Positions 27,216 to 36,506 of a DNA stretch of 44,629 bases are shown here, piece by piece. The DNA lies in the IMG/VR virus record IMGVR_UViG_3300020045_005117, positions 1-44,629 of that record; one strand, 5' to 3'. Within the stretch, counting starts at the first letter, position 1, and each line of letters opens with the position of its first letter. Under the pieces are notes generated by a model. That model did not search any database and was not told the origin of the DNA. It saw nothing but the letters and a program-made list of their open reading frames with translations. A program made the translations under genes and the position numbers. The stretch is from a virus. Lineage: Duplodnaviria > Caudoviricetes.

Positions 27216-27656
27216 ATGACAAACAGAAAAACAATACTCAAAGATTTCTTTAATTATTTAAAGACAGATTTATCAAACAACATAGAAGATCCTCTCCCTG
27301 ATCGAGGAACATCTAATTTTATTATGACTAGTTATCCTCAAAGACAAGTCAAATATCCATTAATCACAATCAAAGTAACTAACTTGGAAGCACCCAGAAG
27401 CGGAATGCAGAACACAAATTTAAACATTACAATCACTGCAGAGATAAGAGTATGGGCAAGAAATGAGAAAGAAAAAGACGAATTATATTCACAGATACTA
27501 GATAGACTTGCAGAAAATCAATTTATAGGAGATGGAAGCATAGATAATGAATTCCATGATTTTAATGTGTTAAGCAGCATCGAAATAGACGAACCTGGTG
27601 AATCAGGCATCAAAAGCAGAATCATGCAATTGAGGTACAAGACTTATGCTACATAA
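27216..27656 (+). CDS. Tail terminator protein (putative)
   Basis: YPLITI, EIRVWARNEKEKDEL; precedes the tube gene; ATG 27186 is an alternative start. Confidence 0.7.
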   Translation: MTNRKTILKDFFNYLKTDLSNNIEDPLPDRGTSNFIMTSYPQRQVKYPLITIKVTNLEAPRSGMQNTNLNITITAEIRVWARNEKEKDELYSQILDRLAENQFIGDGSIDNEFHDFNVLSSIEIDEPGESGIKSRIMQLRYKTYAT

Positions 27657-27671
27657 TTATAAGGAGGCAAC

Positions 27672-28682
27672 ATGACACGATATATAAGCGACCAAAACAA
27701 GGTAGTTCTACTCCATGAATCTGGAACTTATGCTGTAACAAGCGGAGTCGGTAAATGGATAGGAGAGGTAGTTGATAATAATATAGTCGACGCAGAGAAC
27801 AAAATAATCGAAAGATATATGGGAACTGCAAGACGAGATTATGATTCATGTATACCTGGTCCAAGGGATGTAACTGGAACAATCATTTATCATCCAATAG
27901 ATATGAGAATACCATTCTGGGCGATTGGGAGCGTTGTAGATTCAGGTACAAGCACAAACCTAGCATTCCACACAGTCAACGAAGTGAATAGTGATGTTTG
28001 GCAAAATGCATATGTTAGCGGTACTGGAAAACTTACGACACCTCCAAGTTTCACTATAGAAGATAGCAAAATAGCACCAGGAACAGGAAGAAACTTTATA
28101 AGAACAGTAAAAGGAGTTATACCGGATTCAGTAAGATTAATTTTATCACAAGGCGAAAAAGCAAGAGTAGAATGCGATTACATTGGGCAGACACTTTATC
28201 ACAGTTCTGGAAACACCACTACAATCGGTTCATCTATAGCTGAAAGGCCATATGTATGGAGCGATGCAGTATTAACAGTCGGAGGAAGTATTGTAGATAC
28301 AGCAAAGGAAATAACCTTTGAAATCGATAATAACTTAGAAGCTCCACATTATGTTAATGGATCCAGAGACGTAGCTAACCCATACTTAGGTAATAAAGAC
28401 TACATACTGACAGTGAATATGGACTTTAATTCAACAACTGCAGATTATTTCTATTCGGGTCTTTTCAAGGGAAACACCACTTTTAATTCAATATTAGAAT
28501 TAGATATGGATAATGGAAACGCAATCAGTGGACATACGATATTCTTTTTATCGGGATGCAAGCTGACAAATTTCGAAGTACCAAGCAAAGCTGAAGGAAC
28601 ACAAGAAGCAGTAATGGAAATTAGACCAAGGATAGTAATAGGAAGCTCGTTTGATATGACGACTAAATACAACCCATGGTAG
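27672..28682 (+). CDS. Major tail tube protein
   Basis: ESGTYAV N-terminus, GPRDVTGTI, FTIE, ITFEIDNNLE; strong SD; position. Confidence 0.82.
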   Translation: MTRYISDQNKVVLLHESGTYAVTSGVGKWIGEVVDNNIVDAENKIIERYMGTARRDYDSCIPGPRDVTGTIIYHPIDMRIPFWAIGSVVDSGTSTNLAFHTVNEVNSDVWQNAYVSGTGKLTTPPSFTIEDSKIAPGTGRNFIRTVKGVIPDSVRLILSQGEKARVECDYIGQTLYHSSGNTTTIGSSIAERPYVWSDAVLTVGGSIVDTAKEITFEIDNNLEAPHYVNGSRDVANPYLGNKDYILTVNMDFNSTTADYFYSGLFKGNTTFNSILELDMDNGNAISGHTIFFLSGCKLTNFEVPSKAEGTQEAVMEIRPRIVIGSSFDMTTKYNPW

Positions 28683-28912
28683 AAGTTAAAATTAAAGATA
28701 AGGTATGGAATCTCAGAGAAATCCTTGCAATAGAATTGGATGGAATAGACTGGAGCAATAAATTCGAAGTAATCAAGAAACAAGTAATCATCAGCACAGG
28801 AATCTCTGAAGAAGATTATAACAAGCTAACAGTACGAGAAAGAATGGTACTGATGCACAAGATAAATGAACTTAACGGATTTAATGATTTTCAGGTACCA
28901 ACCAAGGAATAA
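28676..28912 (+). CDS. Tail assembly chaperone (G-like)
   Basis: Between tube and tape measure genes. Confidence 0.75.
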   Translation: MVEVKIKDKVWNLREILAIELDGIDWSNKFEVIKKQVIISTGISEEDYNKLTVRERMVLMHKINELNGFNDFQVPTKE

Positions 28913-29067
28913 GAAACAAACTCGCAATTTGTGACTTCTTTGGTTGGACTTTGAGAGATCTAGACAGAGTCACAGTCAAGGAGTATACTGAGATTGTGGC
29001 TTTCGTAAATAGAAGAATCAGAGAAGAGAACCGAGAAATGAGAAGGATGAAACGAAAAAATGGCTGA
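28888..29067 (+). CDS. -1 frame extension of the tail chaperone (T-like)
   Basis: FSGTNQGIRNKLAICDFFGWTLRDLDRVTVKEY...; frame opens exactly at GATTTTC 28886-28892. Confidence 0.72.
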   Translation, partial: FSGTNQGIRNKLAICDFFGWTLRDLDRVTVKEYTEIVAFVNRRIREENREMRRMKRKNG

Positions 29068-29869
29068 TGCAGAAATACAGGTATTAATAACAGTAGTAGA
29101 TGAAATGAGTGCAAAACTCGACAAGATAGAGCGAGGAGTCTCAGATTTTTCTAAAACAACAGCCAAAGAAACCGAGAAAGTCAATTCCGCATTTGAAACA
29201 CAAATCAAAGGATTAGTCGCAATCGGTAATGTTGCCCATAGCGCAGACAATATACTCAGTTCTTATCAAAACCTTCAAATTAGACTAGAGAACGCTACTG
29301 AACGAGTAAGCAATGCAGAAGATAGATTATTCAGAGCCCAAAGAAATCTAAACGATGTCATGAGTGATTCTACATCTACCATCAATAATCAAATAGATGC
29401 TCAGATGGAACTGGATAGTGCAACTAGGGGACTGACAATAGCTCAAAACGGGCTGGAGAAGGCTAACAATGCAGTAGTAGGTACATACATAAGCATGGGA
29501 GTAAACACCTTATTATTAATCTCTTCTATCCCTGCGGCAGTTGCTTCAATAACCACCATGATAGCAACAGTCACTGCATTAGAAGTCGCCCTTGTGGCTG
29601 CAACAGTAGCCGTAGCCGCATTAATTGCCGCATATGCTAGATTACAAGCTAAGAAGGCGAAAGATTATGACACTATGGGAAATACTAATCTAGGAGAGGG
29701 TAAGTTCGTAGATATAAAGCCATCTTACATACCTCCTGCAGTACTTGAAAGAGGAACTAGAATGACCAATGGTCCAACTGTTAATGTTAATGGCCCAATT
29801 TATGGTATTAATGCAGTAGACATTTCTAAAGCACTATCTAACGAATTAAATTATTCTGTGAGTGCATGA
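29060..29869 (+). CDS. Short tape measure protein
   Basis: EIQVLITVVDEMSAKL N-terminus, coiled coil, Ala-rich hydrophobic stretch, TVNVNGPIYG C-terminus. Confidence 0.78.
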   Translation: MADAEIQVLITVVDEMSAKLDKIERGVSDFSKTTAKETEKVNSAFETQIKGLVAIGNVAHSADNILSSYQNLQIRLENATERVSNAEDRLFRAQRNLNDVMSDSTSTINNQIDAQMELDSATRGLTIAQNGLEKANNAVVGTYISMGVNTLLLISSIPAAVASITTMIATVTALEVALVAATVAVAALIAAYARLQAKKAKDYDTMGNTNLGEGKFVDIKPSYIPPAVLERGTRMTNGPTVNVNGPIYGINAVDISKALSNELNYSVSA

Positions 29870-32079
29870 CAATTTATAATTCTGTAATTATTAGCGGAGT
29901 AGAGTATAACGATTACAATAGAATAAAGATAGTCAATTCTACATCAGATAATTCTCAATCATCTAATTATCAAATAGAGTTTCCTTCACCTTATGGGAGA
30001 CATAAAACAGATTTTAACGTAGGAGATGATATAAAAGTATACTCTGATAACAACTTGATTCAAATAGAAAGCCCATTCGCTCATTGGAAACTAGATAACG
30101 GTTCAGATAGTATCAGAACTTATAATGGAGACATTATAAGTGGTACTTTTTCAGAAGGAAAGGTTGGAAACTGCATAGGCTTTGTAGGAGATTATCTTGG
30201 GAGTGGATATGTTGGTGTTGCAAGCGGTGCTGACTTTTCATTGAGTGGAACAGATGCCTCAATATTTTCATGGGTCAAATGCGATCCGAATCTAGTAGGG
30301 GTTAATGCTATTTTTTCTAAATATTGGACTGGTGGAGGAGGGCATAGAGAATATTTTATTGCAGTTACTTCTGGGACTACACTTAAACCTTATTTATCAC
30401 TTTACTATCACCCTGGAAACGGTGCATCGGGAATGAGTATCACAGCTACCACAGACTATGATCCTGCTGAATGGAATCACGTAGGTTTTACTAAAGAAGG
30501 AAGCTTATACAAGATATATGCAAACAGCAATCTGGTAGGAAGCGTATTTAATCCTTCTGGGACTTATCAAACAACAGGAAGCACATACATAGGAGCAGTA
30601 GTAAGCTCGACAAGTACTCCTGATCATCAGTTTCATGGATATATTGACGATGTAAGATTCTATAATCGAAGTTTGACAAATAATGAGATAAGTACAATTT
30701 ATAACAACGGAAATGGAATAGAAAAATATCTAGGTAGTCAAATTAAGTTCCGTGGAGCAATAGAATCAGTATCATTTGAAGGAGAGCAATTAAATCAAAG
30801 GGTAAATATTAGTGGTAGAGACTATACTGCTAGATTGATTGATAACACTGTAAGTCCAGTAGTCTATACAAACACAGAAGTAGGTTCAATAGTAAGAAAA
30901 GTAATTAATGATAATTTGACAGACATAGGAAGCCATCTTGTCCCAAATACTGGCGTAACATTAAAGAGAATGGTTTTTAATGATCTACCTATTTACGATG
31001 CATTAACAGAACTTTCAGATTTATCCGCTCATAATTTCTATGTAGACACAGACAAAAACCTACACTTTGAACCAATAGGTTCTTCATCATCGGGATATAC
31101 ATTCACGCATGGAAATAATATAATAAGAATGGACTACGACCGAACTAGACAAGGAATGGCTAATGTAGTGAAGGTATATGGAGACAGATACCTCTCAGCA
31201 GTCAAAGAAATTAATAAATTAAATGGAAGTGTTTGGGAAGGGTCAGTAGGAAGCGTATTCGGATTACAATATAAACCAAATAATCTACAAGTAGAGTACT
31301 TAGGAAGCATCAGGAAAGGAGCGATATTCCAAGCAAACCTTCCACCTTACTCTGGACCGGACTACTTCGTCAATTATGAGGATGCACAAGTAATCTTTAA
31401 CTCTGGGACTAATCTAGGATATTCGGCAATCCCTGTTTCTGGAGGTTCTATTATTTGTAATTATGCTAGATCGCTTCCAATAGTTAAGCAAGGTAGCAAT
31501 AGAAATTCAATCAAATTATTCGGGCAAAAGACTAAAATAATCAATGATAAAACAATCAAAGACCCGAACATAGCAACCGCAATTCTTAATGCAGAGATAG
31601 CAAACTCTGATCCATTTAATAACGTAGAATTACAAGTAAAAGGATGGTACGACTTACAACCAGGGCAAACATGTGACATATTATTCCCGGAGTATAATCT
31701 TGATACGACCTATCCAATTATAGAGACTGAATATATATTCGACGAGGACACAGTACAATCAGAAAATGTATTAACATTAAAACTTGACAAGCGTACCATA
31801 AATATCACCGATAGAATAAGAGAGCTAAATAGAAAGATTCAAGCCCTCGAAGCAGCAGACAAAAGCAATTCAGATATAGTAACTAGACTCGAATATTCTG
31901 CAGATTCAGTAGAAGTGATAGGAAGCTATTGGGAAGTGCGAACTAGAATAATTAGTGGAGATAGCATATGGGGAAATGCCTTTTGTGGTAGTAGAAATTA
32001 CTGGAGTTCGGGTGTTTGGGACAATTCATATGCAAATAGTTGGGTCGTACAAAGAAGTGGGGGGTATAATTACACTTAA
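29866..32079 (+). CDS. Tail hub/tip protein with inserted LamG domain
   Basis: FRGAIESV...ISGRDY, DALTELS...FYVDTDKNLHF, NVVKVYG; LamG at about aa 68-285. Confidence 0.8.
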   Translation: MTIYNSVIISGVEYNDYNRIKIVNSTSDNSQSSNYQIEFPSPYGRHKTDFNVGDDIKVYSDNNLIQIESPFAHWKLDNGSDSIRTYNGDIISGTFSEGKVGNCIGFVGDYLGSGYVGVASGADFSLSGTDASIFSWVKCDPNLVGVNAIFSKYWTGGGGHREYFIAVTSGTTLKPYLSLYYHPGNGASGMSITATTDYDPAEWNHVGFTKEGSLYKIYANSNLVGSVFNPSGTYQTTGSTYIGAVVSSTSTPDHQFHGYIDDVRFYNRSLTNNEISTIYNNGNGIEKYLGSQIKFRGAIESVSFEGEQLNQRVNISGRDYTARLIDNTVSPVVYTNTEVGSIVRKVINDNLTDIGSHLVPNTGVTLKRMVFNDLPIYDALTELSDLSAHNFYVDTDKNLHFEPIGSSSSGYTFTHGNNIIRMDYDRTRQGMANVVKVYGDRYLSAVKEINKLNGSVWEGSVGSVFGLQYKPNNLQVEYLGSIRKGAIFQANLPPYSGPDYFVNYEDAQVIFNSGTNLGYSAIPVSGGSIICNYARSLPIVKQGSNRNSIKLFGQKTKIINDKTIKDPNIATAILNAEIANSDPFNNVELQVKGWYDLQPGQTCDILFPEYNLDTTYPIIETEYIFDEDTVQSENVLTLKLDKRTINITDRIRELNRKIQALEAADKSNSDIVTRLEYSADSVEVIGSYWEVRTRIISGDSIWGNAFCGSRNYWSSGVWDNSYANSWVVQRSGGYNYT

Positions 32080-32103
32080 ATACTTAGAGTGTGTATAAAA
32101 TAT

Positions 32104-32475
32104 ATGGTGTTTACAAACGCAGGAGCGCAATACGTTGCATGGATGCTTGGAGGATCGGTGTCAACTTATCTCGATTATATTGAAATTGGATATGGTTCTG
32201 GAACACCAATGGTGACAAACTCAACACTAGTTGCAGGTTCAATAAGAGCAAGTGTGACTGACGGTGCTTCTTATCCTAGTCAAAGAATAATTGGATTTCA
32301 AGGAGACTTCCCAAGCAATCAAATAAGCGGTCTTACATTAAGAGAATTCGGTTTATTCTCGGAAAGTGGACTAAATGTAGGAAGTGCCTGGCAAAGAGAA
32401 TCATTTAATGGGGTCACTTTTGACGGAACTAGTGAACTACAAGTATATTCAACAGTGGAGGTCATTCCAAGATAG
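32104..32475 (+). CDS. Tail fibre/collar-like small structural protein
   Basis: TNAG, YIEIGYG, LREFGLF; CTTAAATA lies 29 nt upstream. Confidence 0.68.
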   Translation: MVFTNAGAQYVAWMLGGSVSTYLDYIEIGYGSGTPMVTNSTLVAGSIRASVTDGASYPSQRIIGFQGDFPSNQISGLTLREFGLFSESGLNVGSAWQRESFNGVTFDGTSELQVYSTVEVIPR

Positions 32476-32508
32476 ATTTAAATAGTTTATCTTACAATAA
32501 ATATCAAT

Positions 32509-33528
32509 ATGCCGATTGTTAATGGCCAACTGACAGATGCAAATGAGGTGAGAAGTTTATTCTCGACAATAGGTGCAAATATAGTAGAGAGTAATTTTAT
32601 TAATACTTCAAATACTCAATCTAAATTTGTACACACTAAAAGCGGACTTGGAGTAATAGGTTCTACAAATGTATTGGTTCAAGGTACAACTTTTTATCCA
32701 GATAACTCTGCAGCAAAGTTTAATCAAAATATAGAGACTTGGAATAGCGGAGTAGCATACAGATGGAACCAAAATCTGGGTACATATAGTTCGGTTGGGT
32801 CAGTATTATCTGGAATAATACTAACTAGCGAAGGAGACACTGTAAGTAGTACAGGTTCTATATGGGGACTAGGTTCACCAACTTCTAACAATGTATTCGC
32901 CGTTTATGGTCCAGCTATAAGAGTAAATTGTGGAAGTTTATACACATACGCATCTACAGCTGGCCTATATGGAGAGTGCAGAGTAATATTCGGAGGAAGT
33001 AGTGTTTATTATCAATACAATAATAATTCAGGCACACAATCATATAGCGGATTAACCGTAGAAGCAGTAAGAATCTCTTCAGGTTTAGCGATATATAGAA
33101 CACAAAGACAAGGTACTTGGTCAAATTGGTCTCAAGCAGAAGTAGGAGATGGAATATTAATGTTTCAGGCTGCTTGTACTGCAGGTCAAAGCGGATATGG
33201 TTCTGGAAAAATAACAGTATTAAATATAGCGAGAATAAGTGGAACATTACCATTTGAAATACAGCTATCTGGAACATTACCTACTACGTATGACAACAAG
33301 CATCCAAACTTAGTATTATATCATTACTCAGGCGGAAATATTCAGAATCTAAATACTTCTATTTCATTGAACAATGGTGCAAATTACACTACAAATATAC
33401 CTGCAGGTAGCTGGGCATATGTTAATCCGAGTGGATTAAATATGAGAATTAAACTGATTGGTTCACCTTTCTACGGACCAGGATCATACGGTGCTCCAGC
33501 TTTCGATAATATAGGAGCAATATTCTGA
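32509..33528 (+). CDS. SG/GS-rich tail fibre/spike-like protein
   Basis: NGQLTDANEV anchor-like N-terminus; about 21 Ser next to Gly; TTTAAATA at 32477. Confidence 0.7.
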   Translation: MPIVNGQLTDANEVRSLFSTIGANIVESNFINTSNTQSKFVHTKSGLGVIGSTNVLVQGTTFYPDNSAAKFNQNIETWNSGVAYRWNQNLGTYSSVGSVLSGIILTSEGDTVSSTGSIWGLGSPTSNNVFAVYGPAIRVNCGSLYTYASTAGLYGECRVIFGGSSVYYQYNNNSGTQSYSGLTVEAVRISSGLAIYRTQRQGTWSNWSQAEVGDGILMFQAACTAGQSGYGSGKITVLNIARISGTLPFEIQLSGTLPTTYDNKHPNLVLYHYSGGNIQNLNTSISLNNGANYTTNIPAGSWAYVNPSGLNMRIKLIGSPFYGPGSYGAPAFDNIGAIF

Positions 33529-34076
33529 TGATAGATTTTATTAAACTATTTAAGAAACTTCATGGTTGCAAAGAAGATGAATTAATCAAAGAGTTAGACA
33601 GCTGTAAATTAGAGAATACTGAGATGAAGTCACAAAACGATGCACTAAAAAGATTATTGACGGATACCGACTATAGACAGCCAGAATCATACGGAACAAT
33701 AACATATGATAATGTATCAAGAATACTTAATCCATTAACAACTAATTGGAAAATATCTGATAAATATTTCCAAAAAACAAAGGTGGAAGAAGCCAAAAAG
33801 TTCTGCGAGAGATCTAAAGTACAGACCAAATCATGGATAGCAGAAAATCATGATTGCGATAATTTCAGTTTTGCATTGAATGGATACTGGTCTGAAGGAT
33901 TAAAGTCTTTTGCGTTTGGGATAGCTTGGAGCACTACGCACGCTTTTAATTTTATGATTGATGATACAGAGAAACTATGGATTGTCGAACCACAGACAAA
34001 CAGATGGATGACTGTGGAAGAAGCCAAAGAAATGAAAGGTGGTCTGTATTATCCTGTGAGGATGATGTTATTATGA
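33528..34076 (+). CDS. Papain/transglutaminase-like cysteine protease (MOA agglutinin C-terminal type)
   Basis: HDCDNFS, HAFNF and IVEPQ give a Cys-His-Glu triad pattern; N-terminal coiled coil. Confidence 0.75.
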   Translation: MIDFIKLFKKLHGCKEDELIKELDSCKLENTEMKSQNDALKRLLTDTDYRQPESYGTITYDNVSRILNPLTTNWKISDKYFQKTKVEEAKKFCERSKVQTKSWIAENHDCDNFSFALNGYWSEGLKSFAFGIAWSTTHAFNFMIDDTEKLWIVEPQTNRWMTVEEAKEMKGGLYYPVRMMLL

Positions 34077-34303
34077 GAAGAATGACTGATTTGAATATTA
34101 CGCATGATCAATTTAGTGTGCTGTCCAATGGGCAGAAATTAGATATCTTGTACGAGAATCAAGTATTAATGATGACTCGTTTGGATGGAATTAATCAAGT
34201 AAAAAGAGTACAAAAGATGCAGTGGGCTGGATTTGGTGGATTAGCTAGTGCACTTGGTTGGGTATTTTACGAACTCTGGAAACACGTGAGTGGAGCTAAG
34301 TAA
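34073..34303 (+). CDS. Small protein with C-terminal hydrophobic helix (holin-like candidate)
   Basis: WAGFGGLASALGWVFYELW; ATGA-coupled to the protease. Confidence 0.55.
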   Translation: MRRMTDLNITHDQFSVLSNGQKLDILYENQVLMMTRLDGINQVKRVQKMQWAGFGGLASALGWVFYELWKHVSGAK

Positions 34304-34590
34304 TGGGTGAGTACATACAAGGGTACGTTACTCCTGAGATAATACGAATGAATTCTGGGAGTCCGGCTACTTGGTGGCAATTTCAAAAGTTATCACAATC
34401 TATCATGATTGATAATTTGGGAAGTAATGCTATTTATTTTAACTTAACTGGACCCGCAAACCCTGCAAATTCGGGTACTGCTTACCTTAATGCAACACAG
34501 ACAATCGTCTTTGATGTACAAACAGGAAGCATTTCTATTCAAGGGAGTGGACTGACTACCCCTACAGTTCAATTATTTAGACTCACATGA
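34303..34590 (+). CDS. Small SG/GS-rich beta-sandwich virion protein
   Basis: IMIDNLGSNAIYFN; 95 aa. Confidence 0.65.
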   Translation: MGEYIQGYVTPEIIRMNSGSPATWWQFQKLSQSIMIDNLGSNAIYFNLTGPANPANSGTAYLNATQTIVFDVQTGSISIQGSGLTTPTVQLFRLT

Positions 34591-35363
34591 GGATGTATAA
34601 AACGCAGACTAGTTCTACTTCTGCTACTTCTGGGACAGTCACTGATGAATCTATTATTTTCGTCAATAATGCGGCTAACAATGTATCATCAACTAAACAT
34701 GGTTTCACTCCTATTCTAGGTAATGACCCTAGGTATTTTCTTAGAGATTTTACTGGATCTGCGAATTGGTCTTATGTATGGGATAATATTATTGAAATGC
34801 AAGATGTCACCACAAATAATACTTCTACAACAAAACATGGATTTTGTCCCAAATTAAATGGATATGCTGGTTCTTTTCTTAATGGGGTTGGAAGTTGGGC
34901 AACACCTCCTACTGGCGGAGGAGGAAGTGCAACAGTAGTGGGAGTAGCACCAATAGGAGGAGTTATGGGTTGGTTAAATAATATCACTGGAGTTCCTGCA
35001 CTTTTACCAGAATGGATCGTATTAAATGGGGGAACAATTAGTGACGCTACTTCTCCTTTAAATGGACAAACTTATCCAAATTTAAATGGTTCTGGAGGAA
35101 ATATTCAACGATTTCTTAGAGGAGCCACAACTGCTGGTGCTACCAATGGTTCAGATAGTCATAGCCATCTTGTAACTGTGTATGGAGATACAGGAAATGG
35201 AGCTAGCGCATCCGTAACAGTAGATACTAATCTTGACGCTAGTACAACAGATGTTGCTGCAGTTTGTCATTATCATAGTTTAAGTTCAGCTTCGACAACT
35301 ACTGCAGTTGAAAGTAGTCTCCCTTCATACTATGAAGCAGTATGGATTATGAGATTCAAATGA
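34587..35363 (+). CDS. Tail fibre protein with internal repeat and collar-like domain
   Basis: Two NN(V/T)S(S/T)TKHGFxP repeats; PIGGVMGW...WIVLNG...PNLNG...FLRG...HSH...LPSYYEAVWIMR. Confidence 0.82.
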   Translation: MRMYKTQTSSTSATSGTVTDESIIFVNNAANNVSSTKHGFTPILGNDPRYFLRDFTGSANWSYVWDNIIEMQDVTTNNTSTTKHGFCPKLNGYAGSFLNGVGSWATPPTGGGGSATVVGVAPIGGVMGWLNNITGVPALLPEWIVLNGGTISDATSPLNGQTYPNLNGSGGNIQRFLRGATTAGATNGSDSHSHLVTVYGDTGNGASASVTVDTNLDASTTDVAAVCHYHSLSSASTTTAVESSLPSYYEAVWIMRFK

Positions 35364-36049
35364 AAGTTCTAGTTATTATAGCAACACCAAGTAAGAATAA
35401 TGTCATGACGCAATGCCTAGAATCATTACGAAAACAAGATTATTCAAATTATGAGATATTGATTAATGAGGTAAAACCTATCAATAAGTATCCAGATAGG
35501 CGAAATGTATCATTTAATTCTACGAATAATCACAATCTAGCTAGAAAGAAGGCCTTAAAATCCGATGCAGATTATTTCTTATTTGCAGATGATGATATGA
35601 TATTCCCAGAAAACACAATAAGCGAATTGGTCTTACAAGCAGAAGAAAAGCGAACAACTATCCCTGTTTTAATGCCTGATGGAAAACTTATTCCGATTGG
35701 TACATTAGTTCCAAAGAAACATATCATCGGAGGATGGTATAAGATGATAGATTCACCATTTTATGTTACTGGGAAATGGATTGCTGATAATACTTTTTGG
35801 AACTTTACATACGTTAGATCAGGACTTACTCAAGTAGATATGGTAGGTTTGGGATGCATGTTAATCAGTAGGGAAGCACTAAAAAGACTAAAATTTCATA
35901 CAGGAATAGATAAGTTCTGCAAAGTAAATAATGGACAGAGATGTTATATAGGCCCTTGTGTACAATTTGGAAATGACGCCATAGATAAAGGATATACTCT
36001 TTGGATGGATGGAAACATAGTCTGTACTCATGAAAGGAGGAAACAATGA
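35360..36049 (+). CDS. Glycosyltransferase family 2 (GT-A), coupled to the tail fibre gene
   Basis: LRKQDY, YFLFADDD, VGLGCMLISRE, final CTH. Confidence 0.82.
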   Translation: MKVLVIIATPSKNNVMTQCLESLRKQDYSNYEILINEVKPINKYPDRRNVSFNSTNNHNLARKKALKSDADYFLFADDDMIFPENTISELVLQAEEKRTTIPVLMPDGKLIPIGTLVPKKHIIGGWYKMIDSPFYVTGKWIADNTFWNFTYVRSGLTQVDMVGLGCMLISREALKRLKFHTGIDKFCKVNNGQRCYIGPCVQFGNDAIDKGYTLWMDGNIVCTHERRKQ

Positions 36050-36183
36050 AATTAAACGTATCATTCGTAAAGAACGATGTAACTACTCAACAAGCCCAAA
36101 ATATAGTAGATGCATTAAGAACAAGACTTAATCAACTGGATCCTACAATCGAATTACTTGCATCAATTACTCAGGCCATATAG
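36046..36183 (+). CDS. 45-aa hypothetical protein (MKLNVSFVKNDVTTQQAQ...)
   Basis: Hand-translated; GGAGG SD; ATGA overlap. Confidence 0.6.
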   Translation: MKLNVSFVKNDVTTQQAQNIVDALRTRLNQLDPTIELLASITQAI

Positions 36184-36236
36184 TTCGCATTAATCAATAC
36201 CGCAAAAGTTATAAAGTCTTAGAACATAGGTCTTTT

Positions 36237-36485
36237 ATGGATATCACATGGATAACACCATTGATTGCAGGTATCTTGAGAAACTTCATGGGATGGCTTC
36301 AATCATCGCAAGAAGATGGAAAGATAACTAAGTATGAAGTAGCACAGCTTGGAAAGACCATTGTGGAGATAAGTATCTTATCTGCTGCAGTTTTCTATGG
36401 TCTTGGAAGTGATTTAATCCAATCAGCTGCAATAGCAGTGTTGGCTAGTTACGGAATATCAGCAGTCAAAAAGGTGGGTAAATAA
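36237..36485 (+). CDS. Small membrane protein (holin-like candidate)
   Basis: 2-3 hydrophobic helices and a basic tail; AAAAG-TTATAAA promoter 28 nt upstream. Confidence 0.65.
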   Translation: MDITWITPLIAGILRNFMGWLQSSQEDGKITKYEVAQLGKTIVEISILSAAVFYGLGSDLIQSAAIAVLASYGISAVKKVGK

Positions 36486-36506
36486 TCAAATATAAGGAGG
36501 TCAAAC

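Noticed and set aside
24969-35363. Diversity-generating retroelement acting on tail or lectin genes
   Set aside because: No reverse transcriptase and no adenine-variable TR/VR pair were seen. The fibre repeat is a diverged protein-level repeat.
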